NCBI GenBank assembly: GCA_947503585.1
Contig: CANNEJ010000001.1
Span: 1 to 28,428 of the forward strand
DNA from: Anaerolineales bacterium
GTDB lineage: Bacteria; Chloroflexota; Anaerolineae; Anaerolineales; UBA11657
Length of the DNA: 28,428 bases
Reading direction: 5' to 3'
The notes beneath the pieces were generated by a model. That model saw only the letters and a list, made by a program, of their open reading frames with translations. It was not told the DNA's origin and did no database searches. Within the stretch, counting starts at the first letter, position 1, and each line of letters opens with the position of its first letter. A program made the translations under genes and the position numbers. Below are positions 17,806-28,428 of the stretch, one piece after another.

Positions 17806-17834
17806 ATTATATTGGCGCATAGAATCGCTGTCAA
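17806..17834 (-). promoter_or_regulatory. Perfect sigma70 consensus promoter TTGACA-N17-TATAAT driving the S1-domain gene
   Basis: Plus-strand TGTCAA at 17829-17834 and ATTATA at 17806-17811, with a 17-nt spacer. Confidence 0.9.
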
Positions 17835-17855
17835 TCAGCCGGTGCACGGTATAAT
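17828..17855 (+). promoter_or_regulatory. Divergent sigma70 promoter (CTGTCA-N16-TATAAT) for the rmd-gmd operon
   Basis: Perfect TATAAT at 17850-17855 and a 4/6 -35 match at 17828-17833. Confidence 0.65.
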
Positions 17856-17905
17856 GCGCGCGCACGGCCCTGCCCGTGTGCCATGCTGAGTTGCAGCCCC
17901 CCGAA

Positions 17906-19902
<1,997 letters not shown>

Positions 19903-19941
19903 GCCCGCAGCCGCAGCAGCGCAAACCGCCGGCCGCAACCT

Positions 19942-21354
19942 ATGCAACCTGAAGACTCCATCCGCTTTGGCACTGACGGCTGGCGCGGACGCATTGGCGA
20001 CGACTATACATTTGCAAATGTGCGCCGCTGCACGCAGGGCTTTGCGCGCTACCTGCTGGAATGCGGCCACGCCGGCAAAGCCGTAGTGGTGGGACACGAT
20101 CAGCGTTTTGCCTCTGAACATTTTGCCGCAACGGCTGCGCAGGTACTGGCCGAGCACGGCTTCAATGCGTGGCTGACGGACGGCGCGACGCCCACGCCGG
20201 TGATTGCCTACGCTGTGCTGGAGAAACAGGCGGTCGGCGCCATCAACATCACCGCTTCGCACAATCCGCCGCAAGACAACGGCTTCAAAGTCCGCGACCA
20301 CACCGGCGGCGCAGTGCCGCCAGAAGGACTGGCGCGCATCGAAGCCAACATTCCGGCAGCCGCCGAGCCCGCACAGGCAGCCACCGGCCGCGTGCAAAAA
20401 TTTGATGCGGCGCCAGCTTACATTCACCACCTGCGCGATGTGATCGATCTTGAACCCATCAAGCGTGCCGGTTTGCGCGTCATGGTGGATTCAATGTGGG
20501 GCAATGGCGCCGGCTGGTTTGCGCGTTTGCTGGCTGGCGGCACCACCACTGTGCTGGAAGTTCATAACCAGCGCAACCCGGTGTTCCCGGAAATGTCGCG
20601 CCCGGAACCGATCCCGCCCAACATTGATGCCGGCTTGCGCGCCGCCGTGGCGCAGGGCGCGGATGTGTGCCTCATCACCGACGGCGATGCCGACCGCATT
20701 GGCGTGGGCGACGAGCACGGTGTTTTCATCAATCAGCTGCGCGTGTACGCGCTGCTGGCGTACCACATGCTGGAGGTGCGTGGAGAACGCGGTCCCATCG
20801 TGCGCACACTGTCCACCACCACTATGCTGGACCGCCTCGGCGAGCTGTATGGTGTACCGGTACATGAGACTGGCGTGGGCTTTAAGTATGTTGCGCCGAA
20901 AATGACCGCCACCAATGCGCTGATGGGCGGCGAAGAATCCGGCGGCTTTGCATTTCGCAACCATGTGCCGGAACGCGACGGCATTCTGGCCGGCCTATTC
21001 ATTCTGGAGCTGATGTGCCGGCTGCGCCAAAAGCCCTCTGAGCTTTTGGAGACACTTTTCGAACGGCTCGGTGCGCGCTACTTTTACGACCGCATCGACA
21101 GTGATTTTCCGTTGGCCCACCGCGCCGAAACCCGCGCACGCGTGGCCGCCGCCCTGCCCGCCCAGATTGCGGGCTTAGCCGTAGCCCGCATCGACAAAAC
21201 CGACGGCTACAAATACTGCCTGCAGGATGGCAGCTGGCTGCTCATCCGCTTTTCCGGCACCGAGCCAATCATCCGCGTCTACTGCGAGACCACCAGCGCG
21301 AACAACGTGCAGCCCATGCTGCGGGCCGGGCTGCAGATTGCCGGCCTTCCCTGA
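19942..21354 (+). CDS. manB: Phosphomannomutase/phosphoglucomutase
   Basis: [27 protein letters not shown] and RFSGTEP motifs. ManB role inferred from position next to gmd. Confidence 0.88.
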   Translation: MQPEDSIRFGTDGWRGRIGDDYTFANVRRCTQGFARYLLECGHAGKAVVVGHDQRFASEHFAATAAQVLAEHGFNAWLTDGATPTPVIAYAVLEKQAVGAINITASHNPPQDNGFKVRDHTGGAVPPEGLARIEANIPAAAEPAQAATGRVQKFDAAPAYIHHLRDVIDLEPIKRAGLRVMVDSMWGNGAGWFARLLAGGTTTVLEVHNQRNPVFPEMSRPEPIPPNIDAGLRAAVAQGADVCLITDGDADRIGVGDEHGVFINQLRVYALLAYHMLEVRGERGPIVRTLSTTTMLDRLGELYGVPVHETGVGFKYVAPKMTATNALMGGEESGGFAFRNHVPERDGILAGLFILELMCRLRQKPSELLETLFERLGARYFYDRIDSDFPLAHRAETRARVAAALPAQIAGLAVARIDKTDGYKYCLQDGSWLLIRFSGTEPIIRVYCETTSANNVQPMLRAGLQIAGLP

Positions 21355-21362
21355 CGGCGGCC

Positions 21363-22127
21363 GTGCTTTGTGACACACATTGCCACTTGGATTTTGAGGC
21401 ATTCGACGCCGACCGCGTGGCAGTCATCGAACGTGCCGGCGCTGCGGGCGTTGGGCGCCTGCTCAACCCCGGTACCAGCCTCGCAACCAGCCGCGCTGCC
21501 GTTCAGCTTGCAGGCCGGCATCCCGCTTTGTATGCCGCGGTTGGCGTCCATCCCAACGAACAGGTAAAATACTCTGGTGAATTTTTGCACGAACTCGAAC
21601 TACTCGCTGGTCACCCGCGGGTTGTGGCAATTGGAGAAATCGGCCTCGATTATTATCGCGATGCGGTGGACCGCGCGGTGCAGCGCGAAAAATTTGAGGC
21701 ACAGCTTGGTTTGGCTGCTGCCCACTCCCTGCCCGTCATCATCCACTGCCGTGCGGCCTACGCCGACGCTCGCGCAATCGTGGCGGCATGGCCTGCTGCC
21801 CACCGTGCCGGCGTCTTTCATTCCTTCAGCGGCAGCCCGGAGGATCTGGACGCACTACTTGAGCTTGGGTTCAGCATCGGCGTAACCGCACCCGTGACCT
21901 ACCCCAAATCACACGCATTGCGGCAGCTGGCGGGCGCAATTCCGCTCGACCGCCTCTTGATCGAAACGGATGCGCCGTTCCTTGCGCCGCAATCGCGCCG
22001 TGGCCAGCGCAATGAGCCGGCACTGGTTACGGAAGTGGCCGCTGCAATTGCAGCCGAACGCAAACTGGAACTATCACAGGTGGCTGCGGCAACATCCGCC
22101 AACGCTGCCGCTATGTTCGGCTGGTAA
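21363..22127 (+). CDS. tatD: TatD family nuclease
   Basis: DTHCH, GVHP, GEIGLDYY, IHCR, GVFHSF and ETDAPFL motifs; GTG start. Confidence 0.93.
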   Translation: MLCDTHCHLDFEAFDADRVAVIERAGAAGVGRLLNPGTSLATSRAAVQLAGRHPALYAAVGVHPNEQVKYSGEFLHELELLAGHPRVVAIGEIGLDYYRDAVDRAVQREKFEAQLGLAAAHSLPVIIHCRAAYADARAIVAAWPAAHRAGVFHSFSGSPEDLDALLELGFSIGVTAPVTYPKSHALRQLAGAIPLDRLLIETDAPFLAPQSRRGQRNEPALVTEVAAAIAAERKLELSQVAAATSANAAAMFGW

Positions 22128-22130
22128 ACC

Positions 22131-23129
22131 GTGGCTGCATCAAGCGTACTGCCCATGGTTGCTGTTTCGCTGGCGGACATCCTATCCCCGGCGCAAAGTG
22201 GCCTCGACGCAGTTAGTGCGCGCCTGTTCGAGGTTGCGCCCGACCAGCACCCGGCGTTGACCGCTGCCACCGAGCAGCTGCTCGCCGCTGGCGGCAAACG
22301 CCTGCGTCCGGCGCTGGCGCTGCTTTCCGGCCAGATCTTTGATGCCGACAGCGAGCTCGCCGTTGCGCTGGCTGCCGCGGTAGAAATGTTGCACACCGCC
22401 ACGCTCGTGCATGACGACCTGATTGATGGCTCCCTGCTGCGGCGCGGCATCGCCACCCTGAATTCGAACTGGTCGCCGGATGCCACAGTGCTCACCGGTG
22501 ACTACCTCTTTGCCAGAGCTGCCAGCTTTGCGGCGCAGACCGGCAGCGTGCGTGTCATGGAGCTTTTTGCAAACACGCTCATGGTGATTGTCAACGGAGA
22601 AATTCAGCAGAAGTATCCGAATGGCAAGACCGTACCCGGCGCAGACTATTACAAACGCATTTACGCCAAGACCGCGTCGCTGTTTGTGCTTGCCGCCGAA
22701 GCCGGCGGTGAACTGGGTGGTGCTGCGCCCGCATATTTAGATGCGCTGCGCACCTACGGTCGCGAGGTGGGCACTGCATTCCAGATTGTGGATGACGTGC
22801 TGGACTTTTCCGGCAGCGCCGACCGCACCGGCAAAACCGCCGGCAGCGATCTGCGCCACGGACTGATCACCCTGCCTTTGCTGCACTATGCCAGGCTCCG
22901 GCCGCAGGATGCAGATGCGCAGGCCGTGTTGCGCGGCGATTCGGTTGACCGTGTGCTGAGTGACCGGCTGGTATCGGCGGTGTGCAACTCGGCGGCTATT
23001 CGCAGTTCGCTCAACGAAGCGCGGGAATTTGCGCGCCGCGGGCAGGCCGCGCTGCAAAACCTGCCCGACTGCAGCGCGGCCGGTTCGCTGCTGGCGATTG
23101 CGGAGTTTATTGTCGATCGCGATTTGTAA
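22131..23129 (+). CDS. Trans-polyprenyl diphosphate synthase (hepta/octaprenyl type)
   Basis: GGKRLRP, first Asp-rich motif LVHDDLID..LRRG, KTASL, second Asp-rich motif FQIVDDVLD, GKTAGSDL. Confidence 0.92.
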   Translation: MAASSVLPMVAVSLADILSPAQSGLDAVSARLFEVAPDQHPALTAATEQLLAAGGKRLRPALALLSGQIFDADSELAVALAAAVEMLHTATLVHDDLIDGSLLRRGIATLNSNWSPDATVLTGDYLFARAASFAAQTGSVRVMELFANTLMVIVNGEIQQKYPNGKTVPGADYYKRIYAKTASLFVLAAEAGGELGGAAPAYLDALRTYGREVGTAFQIVDDVLDFSGSADRTGKTAGSDLRHGLITLPLLHYARLRPQDADAQAVLRGDSVDRVLSDRLVSAVCNSAAIRSSLNEAREFARRGQAALQNLPDCSAAGSLLAIAEFIVDRDL

Positions 23130-23138
23130 AACGCGGCC

Positions 23139-24308
23139 ATGAAGATTGGCCTGCTCTCGGGCGAATTTCCGCCACAGCTCGGCGGCATCGCAGACTTCAC
23201 CCGCATCCTAGCCACAGAGCTGGCTGGCCGCGGTCATAGCGTGCGCGTCATCACAACGCAAAACGCGCAGGCCGCCCAACACTTTTCCGCGCCGTACACA
23301 GTTCACCCAATTGCCCGGCATTGGGGCTGGCTGGACCTGTGGCGGATGCGCCAATGCACCGCTGACCTCGACATCGTCAATCTGCAATATCAGGCAGCCG
23401 CATTCGGAGCGATGCGCCTGCCAATTCATCTGGCACCAAACTGGGTGCGCCCGCCCTTGGTGGTCACCTTTCATGATTTGCGTGTGCCGTATCTATTTCC
23501 AAAAGCGGGCGGATTGCGGGCGCAAGTATTGCGACGCTTGGCTGGCACAGCTGCCGGCGTGATAACCACCAACCTCGCCGACGCTGCCGAACTTGCGGCT
23601 GCAAGCAAGCTGCAGCGCAGCACAACAATTCCAATTGGAAGCAATTTACAGCAGCCGGCAGCCTGTGCCCCGGCGCAGTGGCGCGCTGCCCACGGCATAT
23701 CCGAAGACGAGATTCTGCTCGGTTACTTCGGGTTCCTCAACACCAGCAAGGGCGGCGAGACTCTGCTGCGCGCACTGGCAGAGCTGTGCCAATCAGGCAT
23801 GCCTGCCCGCGTGGTGCTGATTGGCGGCAGCGCCGGCGCCAGTGACAAAACTGATGCAGTCCACACTCAGCAGCTGCTGGAGCTGGCACAATCCCTCGGC
23901 GTCGGGGCGCAGGTGCTTCGTACGGGTTTCCTCAGCGAGGCCGATACCGTGGCGGCCCTGCAAAGCTGCAACATGATGGTTCAACCTTACGCCGATGGTG
24001 CCTCGCTGCGGCGCGGCTCCTTGCTCGCCTGCCTCGCCAGCGGCTGCGCCACCATAACCACGAACCCGGCCAGCCGGATTGCCGAGCTGCAACACAACGT
24101 CAATGTGCATCTTGTGCCGCCCAATGAGCCGGCTGCACTTGCAGCCGCAGTCCGCACATTGCAGGCCGATGCGGCATTGCGGGAAAAGATTGCGCGCGGT
24201 GCCAGTGCGCTGGCTGCCAGTTTTGACTGGATATCGATCGCCCGCCGCACCGAGGAATTTTTTGGCGCCGTGCTTGGCGCAGCGCCGCAGGGCGCCGTCC
24301 GCCGCTAG
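23139..24308 (+). CDS. GT4 family glycosyltransferase
   Basis: [41 protein letters not shown] and FDWISIA motifs. Confidence 0.85.
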   Translation: MKIGLLSGEFPPQLGGIADFTRILATELAGRGHSVRVITTQNAQAAQHFSAPYTVHPIARHWGWLDLWRMRQCTADLDIVNLQYQAAAFGAMRLPIHLAPNWVRPPLVVTFHDLRVPYLFPKAGGLRAQVLRRLAGTAAGVITTNLADAAELAAASKLQRSTTIPIGSNLQQPAACAPAQWRAAHGISEDEILLGYFGFLNTSKGGETLLRALAELCQSGMPARVVLIGGSAGASDKTDAVHTQQLLELAQSLGVGAQVLRTGFLSEADTVAALQSCNMMVQPYADGASLRRGSLLACLASGCATITTNPASRIAELQHNVNVHLVPPNEPAALAAAVRTLQADAALREKIARGASALAASFDWISIARRTEEFFGAVLGAAPQGAVRR

Positions 24309-24396
24309 CCGCGCACCAACAACCGGTGGCCGCACTGCCACCCTGAAAACAAGCTGTTTCACGCCGCTGCGCGCACAGCAGCCCACCCACGCACGA

Positions 24397-24405
24397 TGTT
24401 ATACT
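24397..24405 (+). promoter_or_regulatory. Candidate extended -10 promoter (TG-T-TATACT) for pccB
   Basis: TGTTATACT in the 181-bp intergenic region. Confidence 0.6.
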
Positions 24406-24489
24406 CGCGTCGCGCCCGCGATAGCCCATAGTCTTTTGGCAGCAGCGCCGTTTTCTCATCACCTGCAACCAACCAACTTACCCCTCAAC

Positions 24490-26040
<1,551 letters not shown>

Positions 26041-26050
26041 GCACGGCGCC

Positions 26051-27421
26051 ATGCCAGCTGCCGCGCAAGACAAGCGCACGCGCGCACCCGCCTCCGCCTT
26101 CGCGGCGTTCTTCCGCTACATCGCACTTGGGTTTGCCGCACTGATGATTGCTGTTGGCGCGCTCGCAGATTATGTGAGCGTTGGTGACGGCAGCGGCCTT
26201 GGCGTACAGCAACTGCTGCTGGTGGGCACCGGCATGGTGCTGCTAACGGTCAGCATCCGAATGCCGCGCGCGGCAGCCCTGCTTGGCATGAATGCCTTAA
26301 TCCTGATTCCAATACTGCTTATGGTTGACCGCCTGCTTTTCCAATTTGCGCCCGCCATGCCGGTGCAGCTGGTGTCCGCCATGTCGCTTGAGGCTCAGGC
26401 ACGCTACGGCCGCTGGAAGACCGCCAACAATCAAAACGAAGTGGTGTTTGGCGCAGACGGAAATTATTGGGGCAACCCGCTAACTCCAACTGTGGACGGT
26501 TTTTATGATGAGCACGGCTACCGCAACCCGGTCGGCTACCTTGCAAAAAATCCGGCGGTGGACATTCTGCTGATCGGCGACTCATTCACCGAGGGGCAGG
26601 AGTCGCAGATCACCGTAGCCGATGTAATGCGTGACCTGCTGCCTGCGCTGCGAATTTACTCGGCGGGCATGCACGGCCAAAGCACCAACCACTGGGCGCT
26701 GCAGTACAAGCGCTTTGTGGAAGCGGTGGCTGGCGGCACGCCACCGCGCATGGTTATCGCCAATTACTACGCTGCAAATGACGCCGGCAGCTGCAACTTC
26801 GGTCCGGAAAGCCTGCCGGCCGAAACGCGCCGCTTTGACCCCGCTGCTCCGGCCGTTTCCTCCGCACCGGGCAGCGAGCTAAAGCATATTGCCCAGCGCG
26901 GCCTGCGCAATGCTGCCACACTGGCGGCTTCTGCAGCCGCCAAATGGCAAAACCCCTTGTACGCAAAAACTTTCGGCCGGCTGGGATTGTTTGTGCTCGA
27001 AGGCCTGCGCGTGGATACGCCCAATCTGCTTCACAAGCAGCGCGAGCAGCCGGCAGAGGTGACGGCTTCTGCTTGTGCGCTGCAAACCATTCGTGACTTT
27101 GCCGCAGCTGTGCGGGCTACGCACGCAAACACGCAAATCGCAATTGCCTACATTGCGGCCGACCGCGTAATCTGGGCGCCACGCGCGGACGATGCCACCG
27201 ACCACGACCGCGAGGTGCATGCGCAGCAGGCAAATGCCGCCGTGCTCGCAAAACTTGCCGGCGAACTGAATATCAAGTTTCTTGACCCAACCGCCGAACT
27301 GCGCCAACACGCCCTGACCGAGATGCTCTATCATCAGGGATTGCACTTCAACTCCTACGGGTACTCGCTATACGCAGCCTTCCTGGCACGGGAACTGGCG
27401 CCGGTATTAATTTTGCCATGA
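26051..27421 (+). CDS. Membrane-anchored SGNH/GDSL-like protein (AlgX/AlgJ-like)
   Basis: Three N-terminal hydrophobic segments, DEHGYRN, block [12 protein letters not shown], and C-terminal [11 protein letters not shown]. Confidence 0.7.
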   Translation: MPAAAQDKRTRAPASAFAAFFRYIALGFAALMIAVGALADYVSVGDGSGLGVQQLLLVGTGMVLLTVSIRMPRAAALLGMNALILIPILLMVDRLLFQFAPAMPVQLVSAMSLEAQARYGRWKTANNQNEVVFGADGNYWGNPLTPTVDGFYDEHGYRNPVGYLAKNPAVDILLIGDSFTEGQESQITVADVMRDLLPALRIYSAGMHGQSTNHWALQYKRFVEAVAGGTPPRMVIANYYAANDAGSCNFGPESLPAETRRFDPAAPAVSSAPGSELKHIAQRGLRNAATLAASAAAKWQNPLYAKTFGRLGLFVLEGLRVDTPNLLHKQREQPAEVTASACALQTIRDFAAAVRATHANTQIAIAYIAADRVIWAPRADDATDHDREVHAQQANAAVLAKLAGELNIKFLDPTAELRQHALTEMLYHQGLHFNSYGYSLYAAFLARELAPVLILP

Positions 27422-27470
27422 TCGAACCAATCCCCGGCGTTTGGCGCACCCCGCAACTACCAACCCACTC

Positions 27471-28428
27471 ATGATTAACAAGATCCTGATTGCCAACCGC
27501 GGCGAGATTGCCGTGCGCATTTTGCGCGCGTGCCATGAGCTTGGCATCGCCACGGTTGCGGTCTACTCTGACGCCGACCGCAATGCGATGCATGTGCACC
27601 GCGCTGATGAAGCGTATTACATCGGGCCATCGCCAGCGCGCGAATCGTATCTGCGCGCCGACAAGATTCTGGATGCCGCACGCAAGTCCGGCGCCGATGC
27701 CGTTCATCCCGGCTATGGTTTTCTTTCCGAGCGCGCCGATTTTGCAGCTGCATGCGCGGCAGCCGGGCTGGCATTCATCGGTCCGCCGCCCGAAGCCATC
27801 TCCGTGATGGGCGACAAGGCGCGCGCGCGCACGGCTGCGCTTGCCGCCGGCGTGCCGATTGTGCCGGGCACTGATGCGCGCGCGCACCTAAGCGATGCGG
27901 AATTAATTGCGGCGGCTGCCGAAGTTGGCTTTCCGCTGCTTGTGAAGGCTGCTGCCGGCGGCGGCGGGAAAGGCATGCGCAGTGCTGCAAGCGCAGCCGA
28001 TTTACCGGCCGCACTTGCAGCAGCACACTCGGAGGCCCTGGCCGCATTCGGCGACGGCACACTTTATCTGGAACGCCTGCTGCCGAACGCGCGCCACATT
28101 GAAGTGCAAATTCTGGCTGACATGGAAGGCAACATCATTCACCTCGGCGAGCGTGAGTGCTCCATTCAGCGCCGCCACCAAAAGCTGCTGGAGGAAGCGC
28201 CCTCGCCCTTTGTGGGCGACGACGAAGAACTGCGCCAGCGCTTGGGCGCACTGGCTTGCAAAGTAGCCAGCGCCGTGGGCTATGCCAATGCCGGCACCGT
28301 CGAGTTTCTACTGGACGAAGACCGCAATATCTTCTTTCTAGAAATGAACACCCGCTTGCAAGTGGAACACCCGGTGACGGAGCTGGTAACCGGCATCGAC
28401 ATTGTCAAGGAACAGATTCGCATTGCGC
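27471..28428 (+). CDS. accC: Biotin carboxylase of acetyl/propionyl-CoA carboxylase (3' truncated by window edge; absent from the ORF track)
   Basis: Manual translation: [75 protein letters not shown]. Confidence 0.95.
   Translation, partial: MINKILIANRGEIAVRILRACHELGIATVAVYSDADRNAMHVHRADEAYYIGPSPARESYLRADKILDAARKSGADAVHPGYGFLSERADFAAACAAAGLAFIGPPPEAISVMGDKARARTAALAAGVPIVPGTDARAHLSDAELIAAAAEVGFPLLVKAAAGGGGKGMRSAASAADLPAALAAAHSEALAAFGDGTLYLERLLPNARHIEVQILADMEGNIIHLGERECSIQRRHQKLLEEAPSPFVGDDEELRQRLGALACKVASAVGYANAGTVEFLLDEDRNIFFLEMNTRLQVEHPVTELVTGIDIVKEQIRIA

Noticed and set aside
24327-24344. GGTGGC/GCCACC hairpin as terminator of the GT4 operon
   Set aside because: Only a 6-bp stem, with no U-tract on the plus strand.
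24079-24489. 137-aa N-terminal extension of PccB in the ORF track
   Set aside because: Overlaps the GT4 gene and spans the promoter; homology begins at ATG 24490. Similar over-extensions were trimmed at 392, 1308, 5242, 15923, 17876 and 25976.

Overview
GC-rich, gene-dense chromosomal segment. Gene style and content suggest a monoderm bacterium, probably Chloroflexota; this is inference, not a database result. No mobile element, CRISPR array, rRNA or tRNA was seen. Order: (1) a glycan/envelope block (partial rfbD, two GT2s, rnhB, GT4, two Wzz/CapA-like proteins, a CapB/CpsD-like BY-kinase, long-form rfbA); (2) a divergent CHAD-like protein and acnA; (3) on the minus strand, a TIM-barrel hydrolase-like domain joined by a Pro/Gln linker to an NTF2-like domain; (4) a rel-moeA-VKOR-hyperacidic protein run ending in a clear intrinsic terminator; (5) a two-domain S1 protein divergent from an rmd-gmd-manB-tatD-polyprenyl synthase-GT4 operon, the two promoters sharing one -35 region; (6) pccB, a membrane SGNH protein and a partial biotin carboxylase. 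Best leads: the hydrolase-NTF2 fusion, a 52% D/E protein resembling the RNAP delta tail, the CHAD-like protein, the interlocked divergent promoters, two candidate small ORFs, and several enzymes with altered catalytic motifs.
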